64,000 bases of DNA from Armatimonadia bacterium (GTDB taxonomy: Bacteria; Armatimonadota; Zipacnadia; Zipacnadales; JABUFB01), in NCBI GenBank assembly GCA_039679385.1, contig JBDKVB010000017.1:5399-69398 (forward strand). Reading direction: 5' to 3'. Each line of letters starts with the position of its first letter. Position 1 is the stretch's first letter. The position numbers were made by a program, and so were the translations under genes. The notes under the pieces are model-generated. The model saw only the letters and a program-made list of their open reading frames with translations. It ran no database searches and was not told the DNA's origin. Shown piece by piece: positions 28,240 through 38,813 of the stretch.

Positions 28240-29274
28240 ATGTCGCAGGAACCGCTTGAGCTCCGGCCGATGACGATCGCGGACATCATCGACGCGACCA
28301 TTCGTCTGTACCGGCACAACTTCGGGCCGCTGCTGGGGATCGCAGCGATCGTGCAGGTGCCGCTGATGGTGCTGCAGGTGGCCGCTTCCTTCTTCATCTT
28401 CCGCCGGGCAATGACGGCACCGGGCGAGGAGATCCCCTGGGACCAATTGGCCGTCGGTGGTGCGGGGTTCCTGGTCGCCTTCTTCATCGCGCTGTTACTC
28501 CTGCCGTTGGGAGAGGCAGCGCTGGCGCTGGCCATCTCGGACCGCTACCTAGGCTACCCCATCACCGTCTCGGGAGCCTACCAGGCCGCCCTCAAGCACT
28601 GGGGAGCAGTCCTGTGGACCTCGCTGGTCGTGGGCCTTTGGGTGTACCTCTGCTTCGCTATCGGACTGGTGCTGCTCATCCTCCCCGGCCTGGTCGTGCT
28701 CGTGTGGCTGTATATCCGCTACATGTTCGCCCCCTCCATTGTGGTTGTGCTCGAAGGTCGCCGGGGCCTTGATGCCATGCGGCGCAGTTGGGACCTCACC
28801 TCGGGGTACTTCTGGCCGGTCCTGGGGACCATGACCATCCTGGTGCTCATGATCAGCGTCGGCAGTCAGGGCATCACCTGGCCGCTGCAGATGGTGCTCA
28901 TGGTGGTCACCGGCCATCCCGAGAAGTTCGCGATGGCCCAGGTCATCACCCAGGCGGTGGCGGCTACTCTGGCAGTTATCCTGCGTCCGGTGATGATGCT
29001 GGGGCAGGTGCTTCTGTACTACGATCTGCGCATCCGCAAGGAGGGCTTCGACCTGATGAGGATGGCTGAGGCCCTCGGCAGGCCGTCGCCCGTAGTGCCT
29101 GCGCCGACCGTGGAGCAGCCCCTGTGGCCGACCCAGGGCCTGCCGCAAACGGAGCAGCCCGCAGCCAAGACGCCGAGCACCACCACACTGCAGGAGCCGG
29201 TGAACCCGCTGATGCCGCCGGTGCCGCCACCACCGCCGCTGTTCACGCCGCCACAGGACGAAGGCAAGAAGTAG
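28240..29274 (+). CDS. Multi-pass membrane protein (GDPD-membrane-domain-like) with Pro-rich C-terminal tail
   Basis: LRPMTIADIIDATIRLYR N-terminus, about 6 hydrophobic segments, AMRRSWDL and LLYYDLRIRKEGFDL motifs. Confidence 0.75.
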   Translation: MSQEPLELRPMTIADIIDATIRLYRHNFGPLLGIAAIVQVPLMVLQVAASFFIFRRAMTAPGEEIPWDQLAVGGAGFLVAFFIALLLLPLGEAALALAISDRYLGYPITVSGAYQAALKHWGAVLWTSLVVGLWVYLCFAIGLVLLILPGLVVLVWLYIRYMFAPSIVVVLEGRRGLDAMRRSWDLTSGYFWPVLGTMTILVLMISVGSQGITWPLQMVLMVVTGHPEKFAMAQVITQAVAATLAVILRPVMMLGQVLLYYDLRIRKEGFDLMRMAEALGRPSPVVPAPTVEQPLWPTQGLPQTEQPAAKTPSTTTLQEPVNPLMPPVPPPPPLFTPPQDEGKK

Positions 29275-29357
29275 GCGGACCGCGTCGCAAGATCAGCAAA
29301 CCACGGCGACCGCTGCCCGCAAGAGCGCTCGTCTCCACCACAGAACGGAGTTGTCGC

Positions 29358-29792
29358 ATGTCCAACGTCCGCCCCGGCGTCATCTACACCGACGGAGCCT
29401 GTCTCAAGAACCCCGGGCCTGCCGGAGCAGGCTTTGTCATCTACGATCAGAAGGGCACCCCGCTTACCGAGGGGTCGATCCCCCTCGGGCAGGGAACGAA
29501 TAACATCGCCGAGTACAGTGCCGTGATCGCGGCCCTGGAAGCGGCTCACTCGCTGAGCCTCACACACCTGGTCATCCGCTCCGACAGCGAGTTGCTGGTC
29601 AAGCAGATGAACGGACAGTACCGGGTCAAGGACGCTCAGCTACGCCGCCTGCACCTACAGGTGCGGGAGCTGATGCCGCGGTTTGGGAAGGTGGTCTTCG
29701 AGCACATCCGCCGGATGCACAACGAGCGGGCCGATGAGCTGGCCGGCGAGGCCGCCAAGGTGTCCGCCAAGACGAAAGCCGGCGTCTCCTAG
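29358..29792 (+). CDS. rnhA: Ribonuclease HI
   Basis: YTDGAC..NPGPAG, TNNIAEY, SDSELLVKQM and NERADELA motifs. ATG at 29358 after GGAG. Confidence 0.93.
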   Translation: MSNVRPGVIYTDGACLKNPGPAGAGFVIYDQKGTPLTEGSIPLGQGTNNIAEYSAVIAALEAAHSLSLTHLVIRSDSELLVKQMNGQYRVKDAQLRRLHLQVRELMPRFGKVVFEHIRRMHNERADELAGEAAKVSAKTKAGVS

Positions 29793-29828
29793 GGCAAACC
29801 CCGGTCCATCACTGCAGGGAGCCGGATC

Positions 29829-30320
29829 ATGTCTCGTCTGCCAAGCCTTCCGGAATCCGCCGACTGGGTCCTTGACGGGCAACTGGCCGCCATGCCCCTG
29901 CCCTCCCGGGAGGAGCTGCAGGAGCTTCAGCGAGCGGGCTTCGGCCTGGTGGTGAACCTGACGGAGAAGCCCGGGCCGACCGCGATGGCCGCCGCTGCGG
30001 GCCTCAAGGGCGCTCACATCCCCTTCGAGGACCTCTCCGCACCGACCCTGGAGCAGATGCAGGACTTCGTGGCTACGGTGACGCGCTACCTGGACCTGGG
30101 TCGGCCGGTGATGGTTCACTGCATGGGCGGTCGTGGGCGAACGGGGACGATGATCGCCGCCTACTTGGTCCACCGGGGCATGAAGCCCTGGGCCGCCATT
30201 GACGAGGTGCGGCGGCGACGCCGAGGCGCCATCGAGACCCAGGAGCAAGAGTCTGCGGTGGTCGCCTACGCCCGGCATCTGCGGCGGGAGTCCGAGCGGA
30301 GCTGGCCGACGACCCCGTGA
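29829..30320 (+). CDS. Dual-specificity / protein-tyrosine phosphatase family protein
   Basis: VHCMGGRGRTG (HCx5R), general-acid Asp in FEDLSAP, and AIET.EQ. Confidence 0.9.
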   Translation: MSRLPSLPESADWVLDGQLAAMPLPSREELQELQRAGFGLVVNLTEKPGPTAMAAAAGLKGAHIPFEDLSAPTLEQMQDFVATVTRYLDLGRPVMVHCMGGRGRTGTMIAAYLVHRGMKPWAAIDEVRRRRRGAIETQEQESAVVAYARHLRRESERSWPTTP

Positions 30321-30342
30321 GAAGCGCAAGCGGAGACAGCGC

Positions 30343-31263
30343 ATGACGCAAGTGACGCAGGCACTCACACCGGCGGCGGTGGCGAAGCTCACCACCATGC
30401 AACTGCGAGCCCGGGCGATCGTGGAAGGCCATTTCTCCGGCCAACATCGCAGCCCGTACCGTGGCGCCAGTGTGGAGTTTGCCGACCACCGCGAGTACAC
30501 CCCCGGCGACGAGACCCGGCACATCGACTGGAAGGTCTACGGTCGCCGCGACCGGTTCTTCGTGAAGGAGTACGACGCGGAGACCAACCTCAACGTGCAC
30601 CTGATGGTGGATGTCAGCGGCTCGATGAACTACGGTGCGCCGGTGCGCAAGCTGGAGTATGCCGCTTATCTGGCGGCCGGTCTGGCCTACCTCGCCACCC
30701 ATCAGCGCGATGCCACCGGGCTGCTGCTCTTCGACCACCGACTGCGACTGCAGCTACCTCCCCACACCAAGCCGGCCCACCTGCAGCGGATCTTCGACAC
30801 CCTCGATGCCGCCTGTCGAGGTGCGCTTCCACCCTCCGACGACGACCTCTCGCGCGAGACTGACCTGACGGCGGCGCTGGAGGCTGCGACGCCGACCATC
30901 ACCCGCCGCGGCCTGGTGGTGGTGATCTCCGATCTACTGGATGATCTCGACCGCGTACTGCGAGCCCTGGCCTATCTGCGACACCGCGGGCATGACGTGA
31001 TGGTGCTGCAGGTGATGGATGCCGAGGAGTTGGAGTTCCGCTTCCGTGGCCCGGCGCTGTTCGAGGATCTGGAGACCGGGCAACGTCTGGCGGCCCAGCC
31101 CGAGCAGCTTCGGCGCGACTATCTGAGGGCGCTGCACGAGTTCCTCGCCCAGGTTCGCGACGGCTGCCGCAAGCTCGCAATCGATCAGGAACTCCTCGAC
31201 ACGAGCCGCCCCTTCGACCAGGCGCTGACAGCGTACCTGGGGAGACGAAGCAGGGCCCGGTGA
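30343..31263 (+). CDS. DUF58 domain (vWA-like, MoxR-associated) protein
   Basis: G.HRS...G.SVEFADHREYTPGDETRHIDWK, DVSGSM MIDAS, ISDLL and FEDLETG motifs. Confidence 0.92.
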   Translation: MTQVTQALTPAAVAKLTTMQLRARAIVEGHFSGQHRSPYRGASVEFADHREYTPGDETRHIDWKVYGRRDRFFVKEYDAETNLNVHLMVDVSGSMNYGAPVRKLEYAAYLAAGLAYLATHQRDATGLLLFDHRLRLQLPPHTKPAHLQRIFDTLDAACRGALPPSDDDLSRETDLTAALEAATPTITRRGLVVVISDLLDDLDRVLRALAYLRHRGHDVMVLQVMDAEELEFRFRGPALFEDLETGQRLAAQPEQLRRDYLRALHEFLAQVRDGCRKLAIDQELLDTSRPFDQALTAYLGRRSRAR

Positions 31264-31312
31264 AGCACCGAGCCCTGCCGAAGAGCGTGCGAGATTGCGA
31301 GGTCGAGGAGAC

Positions 31313-32668
31313 TCAGAAGGCCGTCGCGCTGCTGAAGTTGAAGCCCTCGATTCGCAGCGGCGGCACCCAGGCGTAGTCGAAGGCGACACCCTCGCTGCCG
31401 ATCATGTCCACGTGGCTGAGGGCTTCGAGGATGCTCTGGGTGAACCGCATGTTCTTGAGCCCGCCCACGATCTGACCGTTCTCGATCAGGAAGGTGCCGT
31501 CGCGGGTCATGCCGGTGAGGACGGTGCGCGCCGGATGGACCATGTTCGTGTAGTGGAAGCGAGTCACCAGCACCCCGCGTTCGGTCTCCGCGATCATCTG
31601 CTCCAGGCTGTAGTCGCCCGGCTTCAGGAACACGTTCATCGGAACCGGTCCCCAGGTGTTCGGCGCCGGCAGGGCATGGCCGGTGTTCACAGCCCCTTCC
31701 TCGCGGCCAGCGGTGAAGGAGTCGTAGGTGACAGCCTTGAGGACCCCGTTCTCAATCAGGGTCACCGGCTTTCGGACAACGCCCTCGAAGTCATAGGGGT
31801 GGCGATGGGTGCGCGGATCGCAGCCGTCATCCCACAGTGTTATGTTGTCGCCGCAGACCTTCTCGCCCAAATGGCCCGAGGTGAAGGACCGGCCCTCCTG
31901 GTGAGCCAAAGCGTTCATATCGTATACCGTCAGTGTGGAGACCATGTCCTCCACTGCGAGGGGCTCGAGGATGACCGTGTAGGCACCAGGCTCGAGCTCT
32001 TTGGGGCCGGCGGAGGTCACGGCCTTGCTGGCCGCTGTCGACCCGACCTCCCTGGCTAACAGACTCTGCACATCGTCTGATACGGCCTCGGCGAAGCCGG
32101 TCGAGTCGGCGCCCTGCATGACCACTCGCATCCGGGCGTTGCTGACGGCCCAGTAGGCCTCGATACCGAGGGAGTTGGCGATCAGGAAGGCGTCGTCGCT
32201 CGTCGCCACTTGGCCTGCCGCAGACAGCGACTGGCCCCGGGCGATGTCGATCATCTCGCGCACGGACTCGGCACGCTGCTCTGGTCCGCAGTTCACGGTG
32301 GCGGGCACGGGCGAGACTTCACAGCCCGCAGCTCCTGCGGGAGAGGGCAGCGAGACGAACTCCTCGTTCGGCTGTGCATGTCGGGCGAGTTCGTAGGCTC
32401 GGGCCGCCAGGTCTTTGAGCGCCTCCGGTGAGGGGTCGTTGCCCCAGGCGACACCGATCTTCTTGCCGATCACCGCTCGCACCGAGCAGTCTACGGAAGC
32501 CTCGTGCACGTTCTGATGGATGGCGTTGTTGGCGAAGCGCGTGAGGCCGCCACGAGCGTTGAAGACGATCACTTCGGTCTGGTCGGCACGGGAAGCCTCC
32601 AGGATCGTCTGGGCCATGCGCAACATTTCCTCGCGACCGGGTCCGGCCGCAGCAGGCTGGCTACTCAT
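31313..32668 (-). CDS. pmbA: TldD/PmbA family protein, non-catalytic PmbA/TldE-type subunit
   Basis: TRFANNAIHQN, YDFEG, LIENG, TGHA and TGMTRDG motifs with no HExxH. The start overlaps the tldD stop by 8 nt. Confidence 0.85.
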   Translation of the reverse strand: MSSQPAAAGPGREEMLRMAQTILEASRADQTEVIVFNARGGLTRFANNAIHQNVHEASVDCSVRAVIGKKIGVAWGNDPSPEALKDLAARAYELARHAQPNEEFVSLPSPAGAAGCEVSPVPATVNCGPEQRAESVREMIDIARGQSLSAAGQVATSDDAFLIANSLGIEAYWAVSNARMRVVMQGADSTGFAEAVSDDVQSLLAREVGSTAASKAVTSAGPKELEPGAYTVILEPLAVEDMVSTLTVYDMNALAHQEGRSFTSGHLGEKVCGDNITLWDDGCDPRTHRHPYDFEGVVRKPVTLIENGVLKAVTYDSFTAGREEGAVNTGHALPAPNTWGPVPMNVFLKPGDYSLEQMIAETERGVLVTRFHYTNMVHPARTVLTGMTRDGTFLIENGQIVGGLKNMRFTQSILEALSHVDMIGSEGVAFDYAWVPPLRIEGFNFSSATAF

Positions 32669-34139
32669 TCCCCTCGCCTCCTTCACCGGACTCTTGCATG
32701 ACCCCGCAGCGAACCTTGCGGAACCGTGCCGGTGCGACGCCATGCCCGACGTGAGCGCTCTGGCCCGGCTCGCCCTTGCCGCAGTTGGGGACGCCCCAGA
32801 TGACCCATTCGCCCTTGCCGCGACCGGAGACAGCGTCGCAGGAGCCCCAGAACTCCGGCGTGATTCCTTGGTAGGTGGCGTTGCGGTACATCTGCCCCAG
32901 GTCGCCGTCGGTGATCTCGTAGGCGGCCTCGGTGCCGAACTGGAAGTTGAGGCGCTTGTCGTCGATGCTCCAGGAGGTGTTCGTGCACAGCAAGAACCCG
33001 TGGCGAGTGTCGCCGATGATCTCGTCGAGGGTCCACTCGCCGGGCTCGAGGTTCACGTTGGTCATGCGGATGATCGGGGTGCGTGCCCAGCCGTCGGCTC
33101 GCATCGCGCCCTGACTGACGCGACCGATGACCGGGGCCGTCTCGCGAGAGGTCAGATAGCCGCAGAAGATGCCCTGCTCGACGATCTGCGTGCGCTGCCC
33201 GGGAACGCCCTCGTCGTCGTAGGCGAAGCTCCCCAGGCCACCGGGCAGAGTCGCATCGGCGTTGATGCTCACCGCCTCCGACCCGTAGCGGAAGTTGCCC
33301 AGTTTCTCGGGCGTGAGGAAGCTCGTCCCGGCGTAGCTGGCCTCGGAGCCCAGTACACGGTCGAGCTCAATCGGGTGACCGCAGGACTCATGAAGCTGGA
33401 GGGCAAGCTGCGAGCCTTCGAGGATGAGGTCGAAGTTGCCCGCGGGGAAGTGCGGGGCCTTGAGGAGCGCGTCCGCCTCTTTGGCGATGCGCTCGGCCTC
33501 GGAGGGCAGGTCAAGTTCCTCGACCAGCTCCCAGCCGCGGGTTCCCATCTGGCCGCCGTGAGAGTTGGGGAAGGTGCGACGCTGAGTCTCGTGGCCGTCG
33601 GTCGCGGTGGCCTCGATCCCTGCGCCGGTCTCGATGCGGTCCTGGTGGATCTCGGCGCCCTCGGTGCTGGCGAAGAACTTCTCGATCCGCAGGGCCCTGA
33701 TGAAGCCCTGGCGCAGGCGCACCTCGGCAGCCTGCTCCATCAGCTTGTCGCACTCCAGCAGTAGGCCGATGCGCTCGTCGAGGGGTACGTCGAAGGGGTC
33801 CTTGCGTGCGGTATGGGCGACGCGGTCGGTGGCGGGCTCCAGCTCGGAAAGCACCACCGGCTTCTGGGCGGTCGTCGCACTGGACTTTGCGATGCGCACC
33901 GCCAACTGCGCCGTCTCGCGCAAGGCTTCTGGTGTCAGCACGGAGGTTGCGGCGAAGCCCCAGGCGCCGTCGGCAATCACACGGACGCCGATGCCCCGAC
34001 TCTGGGAGGACGCCAGTCCCTCTACCGTGCCGTTCTTGGTCTCGACCTGCTCCGCGCGGCTACTAACATAGCGGGCATCTGCATAGGAGGCACCCGCTGC
34101 CGTTGCCGCCTCCAGCGCCAGTCTGCACAGGTCTTCCAT
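32661..34139 (-). CDS. tldD: TldD metalloprotease
   Basis: GAWGFA, catalytic HESCGHPIELDR, YDDEG, RMTNVNLEPG and C-terminal CGKGEPGQ. Confidence 0.92.
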   Translation of the reverse strand: MEDLCRLALEAATAAGASYADARYVSSRAEQVETKNGTVEGLASSQSRGIGVRVIADGAWGFAATSVLTPEALRETAQLAVRIAKSSATTAQKPVVLSELEPATDRVAHTARKDPFDVPLDERIGLLLECDKLMEQAAEVRLRQGFIRALRIEKFFASTEGAEIHQDRIETGAGIEATATDGHETQRRTFPNSHGGQMGTRGWELVEELDLPSEAERIAKEADALLKAPHFPAGNFDLILEGSQLALQLHESCGHPIELDRVLGSEASYAGTSFLTPEKLGNFRYGSEAVSINADATLPGGLGSFAYDDEGVPGQRTQIVEQGIFCGYLTSRETAPVIGRVSQGAMRADGWARTPIIRMTNVNLEPGEWTLDEIIGDTRHGFLLCTNTSWSIDDKRLNFQFGTEAAYEITDGDLGQMYRNATYQGITPEFWGSCDAVSGRGKGEWVIWGVPNCGKGEPGQSAHVGHGVAPARFRKVRCGVMQESGEGGEGNE

Positions 34140-34226
34140 CGGCAATCACCTGCCCTGAAGGGTGTACCGGGCAAGTCGCCGGAGCGATACCGGCGGCCGC
34201 CCTCGGTGAGATGGAAACCGTCTCGT

Positions 34227-35108
34227 CTAGTCGCCGTTCTCGAACATCGCGTCGGCGTACTCATCGGAGGAGAACAGCCGCAGGCCGTCGAGCTTCTCCC
34301 CCATCCCCAGGAGCTTGACGGGAATGCCGAACTCCTTCACCAGGCTCAGCACGATGCCGCCCTTGGCCGTGCCGTCGAGCTTCGTGACCATGAGGCCCGT
34401 CACGCCGACCATCTCATGGAACTGCTTGACCTGACTGATGGCGTTCTGCCCGGTGGTCCCGTCGATCACCAACAGCTTCTCATCGGCAGGCCGGCCGAGC
34501 TCGCGCTCGATGACGCGGTCGATCTTGGCCAGCTCCTCCATGAGATTGTGCTTGGTGTGGAGCCGACCGGCCGTGTCGATCACCAGCAAGTTCGCCCCAC
34601 GGGTCTTCGCCGCCTGCAGCGCGTCGTAGACCACGGCGCTGGGGTCGGAGCCCTGCTGCTGACGGATGACCTCGCAGTTGACCCGGCGTCCCCACTCCTC
34701 CAACTGTTCCGCGGCGGCGGCCCGGAAGGTGTCCCCGGCAACGATGAGGACCTTGTAGCCGGCCTGGTGGTACCAGTTCGCGATCTTGGCGATGCTGGTG
34801 GTCTTCCCGACGCCGTTGACGCCCAGGATGAGGAAGGTCGTCGGCGCGGTCGGCCCGGTGTTGAGTTGCTTCTCGGCAGGCTTGAGGATAGCCTTGACCT
34901 CGCCGCGCAGCAGCGCGAAGAGGCCCTCGGGATCGGTGATGTGCTGCTTCTCGGCCCGCTCGCGCAGGTGCTGGACGATCTCCAGCGCCAGGTTCACGTT
35001 CACGTCGGCCTGGATCAGCGCTTCCTCGATCTCATCCATCAGATCGTCATCTACGACCGTCCGCCCACGAATGGCGGCCCCGACTCGCTTGAAGAGCCCT
35101 TTGAGCAA
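34227..35108 (-). CDS. ftsY: SRP receptor FtsY (NG domain only)
   Basis: GVNGVGKTT, DTFRAAA, DTAGR, GQNA, TKLDGTAKGG and GMGE motifs; directly downstream of smc. Confidence 0.96.
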   Translation of the reverse strand: MLKGLFKRVGAAIRGRTVVDDDLMDEIEEALIQADVNVNLALEIVQHLRERAEKQHITDPEGLFALLRGEVKAILKPAEKQLNTGPTAPTTFLILGVNGVGKTTSIAKIANWYHQAGYKVLIVAGDTFRAAAAEQLEEWGRRVNCEVIRQQQGSDPSAVVYDALQAAKTRGANLLVIDTAGRLHTKHNLMEELAKIDRVIERELGRPADEKLLVIDGTTGQNAISQVKQFHEMVGVTGLMVTKLDGTAKGGIVLSLVKEFGIPVKLLGMGEKLDGLRLFSSDEYADAMFENGD

Positions 35109-35183
35109 GGAGGTTCGTCCTTTCAGAAGGTATCGCGGTTGGTGCGGGCCGGTGGTAGACCGGCCGACGCTGAGTCCTGCGCC

Positions 35184-38100
35184 CTAGGTGGTGGTGGGTA
35201 GCACACGGCTTCCGGCATGGGGATTATGGACCGCAGCCACCCGGTCCTCGGCCTCCGCCAGGAAGTCCTCCCACTCACGCAGCTCGAGCCGGATCAGCCG
35301 CGATACACCGGCATCTTGCATGGTGATTCCGAACAAGGTATCGGCACACTTGATCGTGGCCGGGTTGTGGGTCACGATGATGAACTGCGACTGCTCGGCG
35401 AAATCGGCCAGGACGTTCACGAAGCGCTCGACATTGGCCTCGTCCAGAGCGGCGTCGATCTCGTCGAGCACCACAAAGGGAGAGGGCCGCACGCGCAGCA
35501 TCGCAAAGAGCAAGGCGGAGGCCGTCAGGGAGCGCTCTCCACCGGACAGCAGCAGCAGGTTCTGCTGCCGCTTGCCGGGCACCTGGACGATGACATCGAC
35601 GCCCGAATCCAGCGGGCTCTCAGGGTTGGTCAGCTTCAGCTCGGTAGTGCCGCCGCCGAAGAGGCGCTCGAACATCCCCTGGAACTCCGTCTGCATGCGC
35701 TCGAAGGCCAGCAGGAATTCCTCGGTCGCCGCGTCGTCGATCTCCTTGATGACCTGCAGCAGATCGGCCTTGGCGGCTTCGAGGTCGGCCAACTGGGCCG
35801 ACAGGAACTCCTCGCGGGCACGCAGGCGGTCGCACTCATCAATGGCGCTGAGGCTCACCGGACCAAGCTTGCGGATGTTCTCGCGCAGCTCGTTGGCCTC
35901 GCGGCGAATCTCCTGCTCGTTGAACTCCTCGTCACGCTCGGCGAAGGCCTCTTCGGGCGTCACATCATAGGTGTCCTTGAGACGCTCGGCGATGGCCTCC
36001 AGTTGCGTGTCCTCGCGGGCCAGTCCCAGTTCCGAGCGATGGAGGCGGTCGGTCTGCTCCTGGGCCACCTGGTTGAGGCGACCGCGCATGGTCTCCAGCT
36101 CCGCCGACTTCTCGCGCAGGTCGGATAGAGCGGCGGCTCGCTCGTTCACGTGAGCCCTTGCAGCACCCGCCGTCTGCTCGAGTTCGTGCAGGTCGACGCC
36201 GGGGCTGTCGAGTTCGCTCTGGAGCTCCTCCTGGGCCTCGTAGGCCGCCTTGAGTTCGGCCTCGGCCTGGGCGATCTCCTGGGTCACGCGCTGCAGCTCG
36301 GAGGTGAAGCGCTGCCGCAGGTGCTGCACCGACCGCTCTTTCTCCGCGAGCTCCGCCGCACGAACCTGGGCATTGACCTGCTGCGCTCGCAGGGCATCGA
36401 CTTCGGCCTGCCCGACTCCCTGGCGCCGCACTTGCTCAATCTGCTCGCCGACAGTCTTCGCCTCGGCGCTGAGCTTCTCACTGTTCTCCTGTGCGGTCTG
36501 ACGGCGCTGTCCTGCCTCGGCCAGTCGCTCGTCGATCCCGTCAGCTTCGGTGGTCAGTTCGGCGCTGGCCTTCTGGGCGGCCCGAAGCTGATCGGCCAAA
36601 TGGTTCGCGTCGGAGTCGGTGGCCGCTCGCTCGGAGCGCAGTCGAGACAACTCGGCCTCGGCCACGCGGATGTCCTCGCTGCAGCGTGTGCAGTGCAGAT
36701 CGAGGTCTTCCTCGCACTTCCACATGTCTTCGAGGGCCGCCCGCATGATATCCAGTTCGCGGGTAACGCTCTCCAACTCGCGACGGCGTGCGAAGGCCTG
36801 GCTACCTGCGCCCTGCTCACCACCGGCGGTGATGACGCCGTTTGCGTCGACGACCTCGCCAGCGAGGGTCACCATGCGCACTCGGACGCCCATGCGCTGT
36901 CGGGCGCTGAGAGCGGTCTCCAGATCGCGCACTACGAGCGTTGACCCTATCAGGTGAGCCAGCAGCGGCTCATGGTCGCGCTGATAGCGCACCAGCTTCA
37001 GCGCCGGGCCGAAACTGCCGGGAACCTGTACCGAGGGGGTCTCCGCAGGCATCCCGGTGAACCCTGTCAGCGGGACGAAGGAGACCTTGCCGACTTCTCG
37101 TCCCCGAAGGTGCAGCGCGCCAGCGGCCGCCTGCTCCTCGCTCTGCGTGAGCACCCACTGCAGGGACTCACCGAAGGCGGCCTCGATCGCGCGCTCAAAC
37201 TTGGCGGGGACGTTGACCACGTCGGCGACGACCCCCAGGACGCCGGTGAGTTCGCCCTCCTCCGCAGCGGTGATGGCGGCCTTGGCACCGTCGCTGAAGC
37301 CCTCATGGGAGCGCTCCAACTCTTCCAGCAACTCCTGCCGGGTCTCGGCGGCGGTCACGGCACCGGAAAACACATTGCACTTCTGGCGATGCTCGGTCAG
37401 GTCACGACTGCTCTGGGCCAGATCCTGGCGCAGGGCCTGGAGGTCTTCCTGCCGGGCTGCATAGGCCTGGCTGAGCTCCTCCCTGCGAGCCTGGGCAGCA
37501 GCCACCCGTTCACCCAGTTCCACCTGCCGCTGAGCCATCGCCTCCGCCTGACGAGACAGGCGCTCCGAGCGCTCCGCAAGGTCCTGCTCCAGGCTACTCA
37601 GGGCCAGGGCCTCGTTCTCGAGAGCCCGGGCCTTCTCCAGGATGGTTGCCTGTGTCCGCTCAAGCTCGCGGACCGTCTGCATCTTCTCCTGGAAGGCGGC
37701 CTGCTTCTCTTTGAGTTCGGCGTCGAGCCGGGCGCGCTCCTGTTGGGCCTTGCCGTGGGCCTCGACGACCTGAGCATACTCGACCGCAACGTTCTCCACC
37801 TGCTCAGACAGCTCGACGGAGCGACGCTTCCGGCCTTCGAGGGCAACCTGAAGGTCCTCCTGACGAGCCGCAGCGGCTCGTACTCGCTCCTGGGCGAGAG
37901 CCTGGGCCTGTCGCGTCTGATCCAACTCGCGCTCGGCGGCCGTGGCAGCATCCCGCAGGTGGTCCACCTCGTCCGCCAGTCGCGCCATCTCGAACTGCAC
38001 GCGCTCGTACTCGCTGTCCACCTTGGAGAGCTGGTTGCGGGTGCCCTGCAAGTCGGCCTTGGTGATCTCCAACTCGTTGGCGAGGCGTCCGACCCGCTGG

Positions 38101-38813
38101 CGACGCCGCTGGTAATCCCCGGCCAGCAGGTGTAGCTCCAGCTCGCGCAGCCGGTCGGCGTACTCGTTGTACTTCCGGGCCGTCTCGGCCTCTTTCTCCA
38201 GGGGCTCGCGCTGGGAGGTCAACTCGGCCACGATGTCGGCCACGCGGGTCATGTTGGCTTCAGTGGCATCGAGCTTGCGGTTCGTCTCATCGCGCCGGAT
38301 GCGGTACTTGCGCACCCCGGCAACCTCTTCGAGCAGCTCGCGCCGGTCCTCGGAGCGGATGCTGAGGATTGCGTCGATCTCGCCCTGGCCGACAACCGAG
38401 TAGGCGCCGGGACCGACACCCGTATCGAGGAACAGGTCGCGGATGTCGCGCAGGCGCGCATTGCTGCGGTTCAGCAAGTACTCGCTCTCGCCCGAGCGGA
38501 AGAGCCTGCGGGACACGATGACATCGCTGTAATCGACACTCAGGGCGCTGTCGGTGTTGTCGATCGTCAGCGCCACCTCGGCCATCCCGAGGGGACGTCT
38601 CTGCTCGGAGCCGGCGAAGATGACATCGTGTGAGGCCTCGGTGCGCAGGGCACGGTTGCTCTGCTCGCCCAGGACCCACTGGATGGCGTCGGAGATGTTA
38701 CTCTTGCCGACGCCGTTCGGACCGACGATGGCAGTGACGCCCGGCCCGAAGTCCAGCTCGGTTCGGTCTGCGAAGGTTTTGAACCCGCGCATCTCAAGCT
38801 TCTTCAGATACAC
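35184..38813 (-). CDS. smc: Chromosome segregation protein SMC
   Basis: GFKTF, Walker A GPNGVGKSN, coiled coils with central hinge, LSGGE signature and VLDEIDAALD; 1209 aa. Confidence 0.97.
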   Translation of the reverse strand: MYLKKLEMRGFKTFADRTELDFGPGVTAIVGPNGVGKSNISDAIQWVLGEQSNRALRTEASHDVIFAGSEQRRPLGMAEVALTIDNTDSALSVDYSDVIVSRRLFRSGESEYLLNRSNARLRDIRDLFLDTGVGPGAYSVVGQGEIDAILSIRSEDRRELLEEVAGVRKYRIRRDETNRKLDATEANMTRVADIVAELTSQREPLEKEAETARKYNEYADRLRELELHLLAGDYQRRRQRVGRLANELEITKADLQGTRNQLSKVDSEYERVQFEMARLADEVDHLRDAATAAERELDQTRQAQALAQERVRAAAARQEDLQVALEGRKRRSVELSEQVENVAVEYAQVVEAHGKAQQERARLDAELKEKQAAFQEKMQTVRELERTQATILEKARALENEALALSSLEQDLAERSERLSRQAEAMAQRQVELGERVAAAQARREELSQAYAARQEDLQALRQDLAQSSRDLTEHRQKCNVFSGAVTAAETRQELLEELERSHEGFSDGAKAAITAAEEGELTGVLGVVADVVNVPAKFERAIEAAFGESLQWVLTQSEEQAAAGALHLRGREVGKVSFVPLTGFTGMPAETPSVQVPGSFGPALKLVRYQRDHEPLLAHLIGSTLVVRDLETALSARQRMGVRVRMVTLAGEVVDANGVITAGGEQGAGSQAFARRRELESVTRELDIMRAALEDMWKCEEDLDLHCTRCSEDIRVAEAELSRLRSERAATDSDANHLADQLRAAQKASAELTTEADGIDERLAEAGQRRQTAQENSEKLSAEAKTVGEQIEQVRRQGVGQAEVDALRAQQVNAQVRAAELAEKERSVQHLRQRFTSELQRVTQEIAQAEAELKAAYEAQEELQSELDSPGVDLHELEQTAGAARAHVNERAAALSDLREKSAELETMRGRLNQVAQEQTDRLHRSELGLAREDTQLEAIAERLKDTYDVTPEEAFAERDEEFNEQEIRREANELRENIRKLGPVSLSAIDECDRLRAREEFLSAQLADLEAAKADLLQVIKEIDDAATEEFLLAFERMQTEFQGMFERLFGGGTTELKLTNPESPLDSGVDVIVQVPGKRQQNLLLLSGGERSLTASALLFAMLRVRPSPFVVLDEIDAALDEANVERFVNVLADFAEQSQFIIVTHNPATIKCADTLFGITMQDAGVSRLIRLELREWEDFLAEAEDRVAAVHNPHAGSRVLPTTT

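Noticed and set aside
31313-34139. TldD/PmbA pair as part of a RiPP biosynthetic cluster
   Set aside because: No precursor peptide, YcaO, radical SAM enzyme or exporter is nearby; the context (smc-ftsY) is housekeeping.
32520-38135. Several long plus-strand ORFs opposite tldD, ftsY and smc
   Set aside because: Antisense shadows of well-supported genes.
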